NCBI RefSeq assembly: GCF_009914755.1
Contig: NC_060932.1
Length of the DNA stretch: 64,000 nucleotides
Reading direction: 5' to 3' (one strand)
Source: the human T2T-CHM13v2.0 reference genome, Homo sapiens
The notes under the pieces are model-generated. The model was given only the letters and a program-made list of their open reading frames with translations. It was not told the origin of the DNA and ran no database searches. The position numbers and the translations under genes are program-made. Below are positions 43,580 through 57,070 of the stretch, piece by piece; position 1 is the stretch's first letter, and every line of letters begins with the position of its first letter.

Positions 43580-43932
43580 TGCTATATGAGTTTAAATGTC
43601 CCTTCCAAGACTCATGTTGAGATATATAGATTTTGTTGCCATTGTGAGGTAACTAGGTCATGAGTTCTCTGCCCTCATGAATGAATTAGTATCATTATTG
43701 AGATGATGGATTGCTATAAATGCGAATTTGTCTCTCTCTCTCTTTCTCTCTGCTTGTTGCCCATCTGCCTTCCACCATGGAATAACGATGCAGAAAGAAA
43801 ACCCTCGCCAGAATCAGGATCCTCATGCTTGAACTTCCCAGACTCCAAAACTATAGAAAATAAATTTCCTTCCTTTATAAATTATCCCGTTTGTGCTATT
43901 CTGTTATAGCAACACAAAATTAACTAGGACAA
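43580..43932 (+). mobile_element. MST (MaLR) solo LTR
   Basis: TGCTAT...GTTTAAATGTCCCTTCCAAGACTCATGTTGA...TCTGTTATAGCAACACAAAATTAACTAGGACA. Confidence 0.8.
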
Positions 43933-44473
43933 TTGTTTAACACAGTTTTTAAGCTGTGTGACATATTCTAACTTTTACTAGGTAATTTGTAATCAGAATA
44001 ATCCTTACCTAAAAACAGGTTGTCTCACTTGCTAGTTGTGTATGCTTGGGGGAGTTTCATAAACAATCTATGTCTAAGATCCTTTATCTGTAGAATGTGG
44101 ATTCTTATGAGTTTGGGCAACATAAAGACCTGAATTCAAATGTCTAACCACCTTATTAACTTAAATAAATTAAATAATGTATTTGAATCTATTTTCTAAC
44201 ATTTGATAAGGTAATATGACCTACCATAGCTTCAGAATTGTTCTTCTTTGACTATAATAAAATATACAAAACTACCTGACAAGAAGTATACAAGAAATAG
44301 TTTGCTTTTTTCCTATTTTTTAATACTTTAGTAAAATATTGACTACTATTTTGTTACCTAGTATATACTGGGTGCTACTGTTGGCACTATTAAAGTCTAT
44401 GATTCAATCCCCCCAACAATCATATGAAACAGGATGACAACTGAATTACCTCTGGCATACAGGTGTTAAGTAG

Positions 44474-44820
44474 GGATATGGTTTGGCTGTGTCCCCACCC
44501 AAATCTCATCTTGAATTGTAGCTCCCATAATTCCCACATCTTGGGAGGGACCCAGTGGGAAGTAATTGAATCTTGGGGGCCAGTATTTCTTGTGCTGTTC
44601 CTATGGTAGTGAATAAGTCTCACAAGATCTGATGGTTTTCTACAGAGCAGTTCCCCTGCCCACACTCTCTTGATTGCCGCCATGTAAGACATGACTTTGG
44701 TTCTCCTTCACCTTCTGCCATGATTGTGAGGCCTCCTCAGTTATGTGGAACCATGAGTCCATTAAACCTATTTTTCATTATAAATTACGCAGTCTCAGGT
44801 ATGTCCTTATAGGAGCATGG
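44474..44820 (+). mobile_element. THE1 solo LTR (3' end clipped)
   Basis: GATATGGTTTGGCTGTGTCCCCACCCAAATCTCATCTTGAATTGTAGCTCCCATAATTCCCAC. Confidence 0.92.
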
Positions 44821-47800
44821 CTTTTCTAACCACACACAGCTATCAAATCAAGGAGCTCAGATTTAAACCCAAGCAGGTTGAGTCTTAAACGTAAGATCTC
44901 CTGCCCCTCACTGATGTTTCCTTCCAATATTTTACTTCAAACCCAGTTCAGCAAGTCTTGGAGTTCAGAACTGGGCTTTAAAACATTGGTAGAAAAAATT
45001 CTATAGATAAATAAATAACATGTACACCATAAGCAATTTACATAGAAAATGTGTCATCCATTTACAGTCAGTTTTTCCAAATTGTCTAAAACCCAGTGTT
45101 AGCTTCAGTGTGTCCCAAGAGGCTGTAGCCAGGTATCAGTTATTGGTTTGATGCTGAGAGAAAGGTCCTAGTTTTGCCCACCGCAACTGCACCCCTCCAA
45201 AAAAAAAAACACTGCCTCTGAAATTCTGAAACCTGGAGACGTGATGATAATGATGACAAGATTCCTAAATATATTTGGTAATTCAGGAGTAGCAGAGATT
45301 ACAGAGGGGATGCTTGTCCCTGCCTGCAAAGTGCAATCTGGAAAGGGTCAGAATGTGCTACCTTTCTCCTGCCCAGTCATGTGGAGGAGCAGGTGAAACA
45401 TGGGCAAGATGTACCTAGAAAGAACGGTTCTGTGGACCAGAAAGTCGACACATGGGCAAAAGGCTTGTGGTCAGAATACAGAATGTAGCTGTGAACTCAA
45501 AGGACCCACAGACCAAACATACCAAGAGAGAAACCAGCATGCATAGGTGACTCTGAGACTCCTCCCTCTCTCCTTCCTCACACCTTGTCTCCAGGAAGAT
45601 ACCCTGGAATATAAAGATAAAACTACAAGAAAAATGGGGTAGGGAAAAGTGAAGAAGGGACTCCGAATAGCCTGATATTTATTTTCTGTCTCTCAGCAGT
45701 ATGGGAATTCAGAAATTATTTCAAATAAGAGAAAGGCAGTGTTGCATTCTTAACTCCCTGAAGTTGTGAGTGAATATTTGTCCCCAATATCCTTCTTTCA
45801 TTTTCCACTTAGCATTACGTTCAGCCTACTCTCAACTTCCACAAATTGGAAAAATGCAAAGGACTTCATTCTAGCAAAAGATTTTCGCAGCTCTACTTTA
45901 AGCCTTGCAGTAAAGGCCGCTCAATTCAAGAGGACAGAGTAAGTCAGAAAGTAAAGACACAGGCCTTGAGGTCTCTCTGTTGGACTAGTCCATTGACAAT
46001 GAAATTTCTATGAAATAGGTTGCTATTTGAATAATATACTTTATTATTACTATTTTTGCTTGGGGTGTTGTTTCATTAAGAGAATCAGGAAAGTTTGGAG
46101 TTTAAGAGGAAAAAGAGAGAATGAAAGTGAATGAGTGAGGGTTCATCAAAATTCCCAGAAATCATTTCACCAACTTATGCTGAAAAAACATCCTTGATAA
46201 ATCAGTCTATGACCTGAATTGTCTAACTGAGCATGAAAATAAGGACAGAGCACTAAATGACAGTAAAAGACACAGATAACATAATAGGATGGATCAGAAG
46301 ACCTGACTTCCTGCCTCAACCAGACCATCCAGAAGATATATTACCTAGTTTAAATCTTAAAATCAATTAATGATTCTAAATCCCAATTCCCTCATTTGAA
46401 CACTGTATCAAAACATAAGTGGAATGATGTATGTAAACCCTAAGGCACTACGTAAACATCAACATCTTTGATTTCTCAATGATTTTTCTTTTGCATTTAT
46501 TCACTAATATATACATCTTGTTATTCTTCATAATCTTCTAACTACTCATCCTATTTTGGTTCAGGGCAATGGACCTAAAGCAAAAATCTAATCATATTAT
46601 TTATTTTATCAGCTGGAAAAATATGTGATATGTTCAGAGAATATTTGTTATCTTCTTTGTGTTTTGCTAACCCTAGTTAAAAGCCAGATAAGAAGAGAAA
46701 ATATTTATCTTGTTCACTATTTTATGGCTAGCATCTAATAGTGGTTGGGATATAGTAGGTGCTCAATAAATGTTTGTCGGAGAAATGAATTAATGCATGC
46801 ATTAATCTAATTGCATAAGAAGCAGCAACTTATTTTAAAAATTGAAGGCTCTCCCATGTAGAGGTCCTTTTTTCCACCTGTCCCACTTTTTCTTGCGTAA
46901 GACTTCGCTCTGAGAAAACTTAATGCTTGAAGCTGGTGCAGGGATATTGCAGTCATGTGGGGAGGCATCAATGTGCTGAGAATTGATTAAATAAATAAAT
47001 AAAGATCAAATAAATTCACTGAGGTAATGAGCCTGTTTTGGAACATTTAGTCTCCAGGTTTCATGTTCACAACCAAGATTTTATGAGATAATTAAATATC
47101 CATTTGTAGTTTATTGAAGGCATTGTCAAATATTCAATTATATCTTCTCAAAACTATGGTACATTGTAAAGACCAGAGACCATCTTTCCTATGTCCTCGG
47201 ACTCCTTCCTCAACTCTGGAAATAGTTGCTCAGTTTTGTCTAATCAGTTAATGGAAAATTGTGTAGGTTATCTCAGAAAAATGTGGAAGCATAAACTCAT
47301 TTTTTTCCACTGGATTGGACAAGAGAAAATATATTTTCTCTGAACCACTACAAAATCAAAGGTGGTCTCTGAGACCTCAGTCGTCCTGCTACGTAAATTA
47401 GATATTCCTTTGATTGTCGCTACAATGTTTGATAAGAAAAAGGAGAGTGTGTGTCTATAAACCAGTTGTGTAGAAACCATGTTGTCCCTGAAAAACATTC
47501 ATTGTACAGGAAGTGAGACATTCACAGCCCCTGTGTGGGGAAGAGACGGCCTCACAGAGGGATGGAAAGACCAGAGCAGGGCCTTAGTCCATGGAATCTT
47601 ACCTCACTACTTTTTTTTTTATTGTTAATGATGTCAGTATCCAATATGTGGCATTAATCATGGTTTGCCAGCTTTGTCTTTATTTGTGAGGGAAAGCAAA
47701 AGGCGACAAAATCGTATGTTAAATAAGCTTTAGAAAATATACCATCATTTTAAATCCTCTATTTTGTGTTCCTTTTTTCCTTTTTTTTTTTTTTTTTTTT

Positions 47801-50177
47801 TTTTGTGAATAATGTCCTCAAAAGTTGTAATGATTCAGGACTCTGAGAAAGCCTTAAGAAAGTTAGACTGAAGTTATTGCAGAAGGTGCTCAGACAGACC
47901 GGTTCTCTGAATCTGCACATGTAACATGCAATGGGTGATCACTTGACTGGGGTACATTGCCTTTTCCAGACTTTCCACTTGGCTGCTTCTCTGTGACTCA
48001 TGGGTCCCTGAGCAAATCCAGGGGAGTAAGTGGCAGTGATTCCCAGCCTCCTGTGCAGGTGGAGAACGGGTGAGTCACTAGCAATGGAACCAACAATCCC
48101 CAAGTGGAGCCCTTCATTTGCCACCTTCGCTAACGTCAGACTGAGCAGATCTTAGAAGCAGAAATAAAAATTGGGTTCTTCTTATAACCCACATCACTCC
48201 TACTTTATCAGTAAGTGGTTTTTAGCTGAAAGAACAGGTAAACACTTAAAGTATAACTCGGTCTCTTGGGCAAACTTCATTATTTCAGCACACAGAAAGG
48301 GAGTGTATGAAAGTCAGAACATCCTTTCAGAAATCATGATTTATGCTTCTTATGTCTCAAGAGGTTATCACAAGATTTCTGAGAGAATACCAGCATTTAT
48401 AGTCACGTAGGAATTTCAAATACAGCTTTTGCCCCAACAGAGGGGGCCAGGAGCTCAGAACAGGCTGCAGGCTAAATGGAAATGTTTGGGACCAGGATTC
48501 TCCCTGCTACCACTCGGTACCCAACCACTCACTACCTCCTGGTTCTCAAAAAACCATCTGTTGTGACCTTTGTCGATCTCTTCCCTCAAACCTACCATAA
48601 CGTCCTATTATTGGTACAGCTAACTTCATATAAGGTTTCGCTACATAGGCAATGTGTGGAAACTAATTCTGATTAAGGTTAGCAAAAAACACAAGCACTG
48701 AGTGAATCCCTGACACAGATGGGGAGAGAGCAGCAATCCTAAGAGATTAGCAGCCCCAGAAGCTAGGTTTCCCCCTCACCACATCTGCAAACCTTGATCA
48801 CCTGGAACTTCTACTTCGATGGATACACTGAGGGCAAAGGATACAGCAGATACAGCCTACAGCCACTCAAAATGGAAACTGGAAACTCACACAAATAGAC
48901 AAAGATATGATACACAAATATATAATATTTATACATAATATATAATATATAGAAGATGATGTATATAAAAATATGTATTAAATGGTGAAACCCCCAAGAA
49001 GTCACATACACTCTTAAGGACTTGACTAATAGTAAATTCACTGTGAAAAAGAGATCAGAAAGAGTGAAAAGAACTTGCTCTTTCCCACCTTGGTGCTGTG
49101 GGGAGAAAGAAGAAATCACCGCAAAGAATTTATAACCTTAAGTCCACTTTCCCATGAGTTTATAACCTAAATTTATGATACCTATATGGCTCTAAAGACC
49201 TCTAAAATTCAAGAGATATTCCCAAGTAGTGACCCAAGCAAACACAAATCCTCTCTGGAGAAAAACTGCCTTTATCCAGGTCTTCAAGTGTCTCCAAAGA
49301 TAAAGTTCCAAGGAACAGAAGTTTGCATAAAGGATGAAAAGCAATTCACAAACCAAACGAGAAAACCTGGCATCGTGAGTGGAAGTAGGCAGGTTAACGG
49401 ACGGTCGATGGAGAGATTTCACAACTGGGCTTATAGGAAAGAGGATACAAAAGAAGTATATTTAACATATATCTATTAGTAAAAGAAAGACTAGAAAACA
49501 CGAGTATGGAACAAGAAGGCAATAAACGCATTTCATGCAGAGTATGTATATGAATCCAGTAGAACCCCCAGAGATGAAATTATACATCCATATTTGTGTA
49601 TGTGTATATCTATATATAGATTATACATATATATAGATTATACATACACACACATATATATATAATGTAACTTTCTGAAGATAAAACCACTAATAGTTAA
49701 AATAAAAAAATACAAATTAGGAAATTCAGGACACAGAATTAATAAATTAAAAAAAATAGATGTAAGAAATTTTTCAAAATGCAGCACAGAGGAGGAAAAA
49801 ATCCTGTGCATGTGAGTGTCGACGGCACGGGAGAGGGAGAGAGACAGGCATGCAGCTTGTCAGGATTTCAAAAGACAATTTAACAGTCAGGGAAAAACCA
49901 TGTGTAAAGATATTATAAGTGAGAGCCACATCCAGGAAGCTCAGGGAAAACCAATCAGGATAATGAAAATGGTGACCATATTGTGGTGAAACAGCAGAAC
50001 AAAGACAAAGAGAAGATTCCAAAAGTAGCCAAAGAGAACTGGATGGAAAGGAGGGACGGGCAAAGAAAGAGGTGAAAAAAAATGAGAGAAAAAGCAGAAT
50101 CACTGAAGAAATGGGGTTTACAAGCTGATGACAGACCTCCAGAGTCCCTGAGTGCCTTATCAGAAATGCCTCCTCTG

Positions 50178-50513
<336 letters not shown>

Positions 50514-50827
50514 TCACCTCCTAGAGTCATTGTTCACCCACCAGTAATACAGAGAAGGGGAGGAATCAAACCACAGGGTTAAGTTAATTAAGCTACCTAT
50601 TATGTTAATTAGCTTAATGAATTAGTTAATACACTTGATTTGATTTGCTATCTGGGCAAGAGATGAACAAAACCTAAAGGGATTTGTGTATTTAGTTGGA
50701 TGAAATGTGGTAGATAGGACAATTCTAACAGAAGAGAACACGGTGAATTCATCGCTGTTGTTTCAAAAACAACTGGAAACAAACATTTGAAACACAAGGA
50801 ATCAAAGCTTCCAACTTTTATCTTTAA

Positions 50828-51022
50828 GAAAGTGCTCCAGGGCAGCCCTTCTACACCAGAAACATCACCATCACCTGGGAAGTTGTTATCAATGCAAATT
50901 TTCAAAATGTTAGGCCCCCAATGTAGACTTACTGAATCAGAAACTCTAGGGGCGGGGCTCAGAAATCTATTTCAATAAACTCCCCAGGTCGTTGAGGTGA
51001 CACTAACAGTTGAGAACCATTG
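50828..51022 (+). mobile_element. MER5A
   Basis: CATCACCTGGGAAGTTGTTATCAATGCAAATT...ACTGAATCAGAAACTCTAGGGGCGGGGC...TTGAGAACCATTG. Confidence 0.85.
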
Positions 51023-52304
51023 CTGTTAGAGAATTTAAACAACAACACTGCCTGTGATCAATTTTGCTGAAAGCATAGGTCTTAGAGGCAAATGGCCTTG
51101 TGTCATGTCTGGCTCTAAAATCAGCAGGTGCGAGTGAGACCCTGGAGAAGCCCTGGAAGCCTCGCATTTACAGTTTCCTCACCTTAAAATAGGCACGGTA
51201 GAAAGAAAAGAGAGCAACTCTATGTGCTCCTTGGACATCAAGGCTTTTGCTCTGATTAGCAAAAAGAAGATGGGGAAGATGATGAAAGAGGGTGAGAAAG
51301 CTAAAAATGGAAAGGTAGGAGATTGAATCTGAAGGATTGCAGAGCTGTGAAAGGAATGAACGGGATAAGAGATGGCTGTGCCAGACCCCTATTACCTTCA
51401 GTAAAGAGGGCAGCAGGTTCAAGTGGCTGAAGAAGAGACCCAGAGCCAGTGAATGAGTTACAGGGTTTATTTGTGGGGCCTGTCAGGGGGGTGCAGTGCC
51501 AGCAGACAGAATTGCAGAATCACAATCGCTTGTAGAAAGCGTGCAGTTTATACAGCATTTCCACTTAACATCCTCCCTCCAGGAACCCCGATGTGGTAAC
51601 CTTCGTTTCCTAAGAGATTGCTGTTGGGTGCATCTGCCATGCAGTGATTAGACAAAACACTGGTAGAATTGCCCACATTTTCCCTGGAAATTCCAGGGTT
51701 ACGGATCACTAAGGCTTTAAATGAAAAAAAAAAAAAAAAAAAAAAAAAGTCAATTGTTCTTTCAAACTCGCATTTCTTCCTTTCTGTCCTCTACTCCTCA
51801 TCTGCCTCATGAAGATCCAGCAGCCTTCTTACCATCTTGAATTGCACAACTTCTGTCCTGAAGCCTGCTAAGGCCATGTTCAAAGCCAAATCAGGATGAG
51901 TAACATAAGATCAAATCACCATTTCACTCCCTTACTTCACTGAGTCCTGGGCCATGCAAGAAACCAATGCACAGTCCAAAGAAGACCTCTCTAGACCAAC
52001 CATGCAGTAAGTGTTCATACACTTGTCTCAGGAAGCCATAACACAATGAACACAAATGTGTTCTCCCAGCAGCTGCAATTAAAACCTTCTGAGCAAAGAC
52101 CTATCCTAATTGAGAAAAATGCTGTGATTAGCCAGATTGGGGTTGAAGCTCTGCTTCGGGTGTCTGGGTACCTTCTGGTCTCAGAGGAAGGGGAAAGACA
52201 GCAAACCTTAAAGCAGACATTTACTAACTGAAAATGGGACAGTGGAAGAAATGGGGAAGGGGAAGGAAGGGGAGGATGTGTGGTCAGAGGTGAAGCTGCA
52301 GGAG

Positions 52305-52392
52305 AGATCATGGGAAGTGTCAGTCTTCTGCAAGGGATCATGGGAAGAGTCAGCCTTCTGCGAGGGATCATGGGAAGAGTCGGCCTTCTGCA
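52305..52392. repeat. 30-bp tandem repeat, about 3 copies, inside a probable L2 fragment
   Basis: GATCATGGGAAG recurs at 52306, 52336 and 52366. Confidence 0.93.
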
Positions 52393-54029
52393 TTTGTAGA
52401 AATCACAGGGAGCCACTGCTACAGCAGAGACTACGGCATTGCCTTTGAAAGAACTTTACTTGGCTCTGCAAGGAACATGGAAGCTGCTGGCATCTGGAGG
52501 CAAAAGTTAGGTTATTATAAGAAAAGGTGAGAAAAACAGAAAACATACCAAAACAAAGCTGTCTATTCAAATGACACTGGGCTACAAGAAGAATCACTCC
52601 ATTGTTTAAATAATGTTTTTATATACATAGGGCAAATTACATATGAATACTATAATTTTCTAAATGTTTCCCCTTTAACTCTTGAATATTCTATTATCAA
52701 CAGTATCATAAAATAATTAAATTTAGAAAAAAACTAGCTATAATTGTATTTATCGCAATTTCTGTTATAGCATTAACAAAAACTAGAAATATTCTAAATT
52801 CCCAACCAAAAAAAAAAAGATTAAGTGAATTGTGGCAGAGTTACAAAATAGAAAACTCTTCAGCCGAGAAAACCTTTTGAAGAATGCTTATTAACACTGA
52901 AAAATTCACAATATATAAAATGAAAAAGGTGAACAAAAATAGTGATACATTATTTTATCATATTTGAATAAAAATTACAGCACATGTACATAGAAAAAGA
53001 AACGTGATATGCTGAGATGTTAACTGTAATTTTTCTCAGTTGTAAAAGTATGAAATATACTAAATATACTAAAATATAGAAGATATTAAAACATTGAATA
53101 TTTTTATATGTATTTTCCAACTTTTTTCTATGCATGCATTGCTTTGTAATAAGAAATTACCATACAATCTACTTTAACTCAAAATTAAGAACCTTGTTTG
53201 TAAATAAGGGAAAATCGCACCTATTATAATAATCATTTCCTTCTGAAATGTAAATAAAAATCTGGCGGTGTCATCTGTAGCATTCCAAGGGAAAGGACCA
53301 TTTCACAATGCATGAGCTTGTTTCCCCTGATTCTCAGTAGGACCGCCCAAAGTAGCAGTCAGGGAACCACTAAAAATGAGTAACTTTCTTGGTTCCTGCC
53401 AAAGCCGTGCTCAGAGGGCCAAGACTTGCATTGTTTCACACCTCATTAGCCCTCCTTCTAAACAGCGCTTTCGACCTGGCTCCGGTGCCTCCTCTGAGGC
53501 TGGAAAGAACGTTTTCATGGATAACCACCAGGGGCATCCGTCCTTCCTCATTGTTCCAGCCCTGTCTTGCTTCCCCTGCCTCCTCCCACCCGCTGGCTGC
53601 TTGCCTCTCTGGCTGAATTTGGGTCACACGAGCCTGTTCCTCTAGTTTTGATGAGTAGGCTTAGGTAGGGCAGATACAAAAAAAATTTAAAACCTCAACA
53701 ATGATGCATCATCCTCTCTATAACTATTCCCAAATTCAAGGGCCAGATACGCATTTTTGAAACATCTCAGCAGCTCTTTCCTGCCACTTCTGGTGCTTCT
53801 TGCGTGTCAGCTCAGGTTTTCTTTTGTGAAGTGGAGAGTCCAGCCCTTGTCATGGCAATGAAAATCCCAGGAAGGAATAAATCATAGGAATGTAAGCTTG
53901 TAGGGGTGGATGGTCCTCCGGTGCAACTCAAGTTCAAGAGGCACATGTGAAAACCTGCACTCTTTAAAAATATCTATGCTGTGAAACTTCAGCAAGGGAT
54001 GAGTAACAACTCAGATAAAAGGAGACCAG

Positions 54030-54670
54030 GGTGGCAGAACCACCCAATGTCATGTGTGAGCCTGGGTTGTATCCTTGGCCAGGAGAGAGGTAAATATGGC
54101 AGAGAGAGAAATATCACGTAAAGTGAAATACAGCATAGAAAGAAATATAACATAAAGAGAAATAGAACACAAAGAGAAAAACAGCATAAAGAGAAATACA
54201 GTACATAGAGAAATACAGCATAGAGAAAAATACAGCATAAAAAGAAATATAGCACAGAGAGAAGTATATCAGAGAAATATAGCATAAAGAGAAATATAGT
54301 ATAGAGACAAATACAGCATAAAGAGAAATACGGCATAAAGAAAAACACAGCATGTTGGAACCACTGGCAACATTTGAAATGTGGTATGCTGCCATGTGAT
54401 TAAAGCATTCAATCAAATTTTGTGAATTTGAAAGTTTTAGTACAGTTATTGTAAGACATTGATTTTCTTTGGAGAAAACAAACGTTAAAGTATTGATTGG
54501 AGGGAGACACAGAGAGTGAGACAGAGAGAAAGAGTGAGAGAAAGAGAGAGAGATATTGAAAAGTAAATATGGCAAATGTATAATGTTGGTGAATCTGAGA
54601 AGGCACTTTGTACCTTTTCTAACTATTCTTGTAACTGTTCTGTGTAAGTTTGGAATTACTTCAAAACAAA
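54030..54670 (+). mobile_element. L1MD/L1ME-type 3' end hosting the minisatellite
   Basis: GCCTGGGTTGTATCCTTGGCCAG and TTGGTGAATCTGAGAAGG...CTATTCTTGTAACTGTTCTGTGTAAGTTTGGAATTACTTCAAAA. Confidence 0.6.
54103..54353. repeat. ~17-bp degenerate minisatellite (AGAGAAATACAGCATAA), about 14-15 copies
   Basis: Direct reading. Confidence 0.92.
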
Positions 54671-56146
54671 TTACTCTGTTTGTTTTGTTTGTAAGAGACA
54701 TGTGCCACTTCATAAAGCAGTGATGCTTGCTGTAAACAGCAGGATTTTTCGAGGAGGCAGAACAGATTCTTATTTCTTGTGCAGCTAATCAATGAACCAG
54801 ATCTACCTGCATGGTTGGAGATGGAGGACAGATGGATGGATGTGTTCTAGCTGCAGGAAGGAGGTGTCTCCTAAAAACAGAACCTGCCACTTTACTATGG
54901 CCCCAGATTAAGTTAGATACTTCTCTACCATATCTTAGAAATGTACATATGTGTATATTACTCTTCTCACCATATACTAGAGACATGATTTTACTTTTAC
55001 TTTGCTATTCCCCAAATTATTTTCCTCTTTTCTCTAGAGTAATATATTTCAAATCTGCCCTACAAATTGCCTTGCTGAAATAATAGTTGTTGCTATATTG
55101 AACAATATTTTGGTCATGACAGAGAAATTTTCAAATTAAGACTTTGTGAGACTGACATGCTGCGTGCTGCACTAATGATGCAACTCAAATTGAGATTTTA
55201 ATACTGGAGTACCTACATTTTCAGGGACAAGATGGCTCTAACACAGTGGAGTGACTGCTGAGATTTTGGACCTGTTGAAAAGTTGTTGTACGATTTACTT
55301 TTTCTTTGATTTCAGAGCACAGAAAATTGTTTTGGAACTTTGTTTTGATTTTAGAACAGATTTAATGACTTTCCCAAGAACGAGTTTCTCTAGAGCATAA
55401 CAGGACAAACTGACCTTACTTTGAAACACACGGCTATACCAAATCCTATAAAAATGGTCTAAAAAGTGCCTGATCATTTACAGAAGTTACATGGCTCATG
55501 TCTGTGCACCTGAGACATAAAGTAAGCAGTATGCATTGTATTTAAAACCTATCTTTACGCGGCACCCCTCTCAGAACATGACATTTCTCTTTACTGTCTT
55601 ATGTTATGTTGTTACCAAGTGTGACTCAGTTCAGCAGTTTCTGGTAGCTAGTGTTTTCTATTTAAATGACCAAGTGTAACAACAGCTATTTTTTTTTCTT
55701 TAACAGAACCCGTAATGTACCCAGCCCTGTGCATGGTGTTTGAGATTCTCTTTGCGTCCAGCTTTTAAGGTATGTACTGTCCAAGGTCACAGAGTTCATC
55801 AATGGAAGAACAAGATTTAAAGCCCAGGGTTTTTTCTGGTCTTTCTCTAGCACTCTGTCTTACTCAGTGATTCAGTAGCAATACTGTACCATTCAGTTTA
55901 CAATGCAACCTTTATTTAGTCTGTGAAAACAACTTTTCGGCAATGGCAGGTTTGTACTGATACCATAAGTCTTCCGATATTTTCCCTGCTTTATATATTC
56001 TTCTGTAACATAAAACCAACCTGGAACTTAATATTACTATGTGAGAACCAAGAAAAAAACATGAAACTCTTACAAATCTACCTGCATTAAATTGACTGTT
56101 AGAAGAAATCTAAATGTCCGCTTTTACACTGATATTAAAATTCATC

Positions 56147-56519
56147 TGTATTAGTTCGTTTTCACACTGCTATAAATAACTGCCTGAGACTGGGTAATTT
56201 ATCAAGAGGCTGAATTGACTCACAGTTCATCATGGCTGGGGAGGCCTCAGGAAATTTACAATCATGGTGGAAAGCAAAGGGGAAGCAAGGCACCTTCTTC
56301 ACAAGGTGGCAGGAAGGAGAAGTGCTGTGCAAAGTGGGGAGAGCCTCTTATAAAACCAGTAGATCTTATGAGAACTTACTCACCATCATGAGAACAGCAC
56401 GGAGAAACCACCCCCATGATTCCATTACCTCCACCTGGTCTCTGCCTTGACACATGAGGATTATCGGGATTATAATTCAAGATGAGATTTGAGTGGGGAC
56501 ACAAAGCCTAACCATAACA
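56147..56519 (-). mobile_element. THE1D/MST-type solo LTR
   Basis: TGTATTAGTTCGTTTTCACACTGCTATAAA...GGGGACACAAAGCCTAACCATAACA; 5-bp TSD TCATC. Confidence 0.92.
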
Positions 56520-56758
56520 TCATCCATAATATTAAAATCACTAATACTAAATTGTGGTCTTATTACAATGTAAGTATAAGTGGTCAGATTTTGCAATACC
56601 TTGCTAGATGTTTTCTCAATGTTTAACCTATGTACACATTTTTTTGAATACTATCTAGCCCAGAGCTTTGTGCATGGTATATGTAACTTAAAATTACATA
56701 TTCTTATTTTTAAAAAACAATCTTAAATGCTAGGAGAGGTTAAAAAAATGATAAATGA

Positions 56759-57070
56759 GGCTGGGCCTGGTGGCTCATGCCTGGAATCCCAGCACTTTGG
56801 GAAGCCAAGGCGGGCAGACCACTTGAGGTCAAGAGTTTGAGACTAGCCTGGACAACATGGTGAAACCTTGTCTCTACTAAAAATACAAAACTTAGCCAGG
56901 CATGGTGGTGGGTGTCTGTAATCCCAGCTATTGGGGAGGCTGAGGTAGGAGAATTGCTTGAACCCAGAAGGCAGATTTGCAATGAGCCGAGATTGCTTCA
57001 TTGCACTCCAGCCTGGGTGACAGAGCAAGACTCTTTCTCAGAAAAAAAAAAGAAAAGTAAAGAAAAAAGA
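56759..57070 (+). mobile_element. AluS
   Basis: Full dimer with A-rich tail. Confidence 0.94.

Noticed and set aside
53989-54713. Hydrophobic 119-aa and 199-aa minus-strand ORFs
   Set aside because: Translation of the 17-bp minisatellite and L1 remnant
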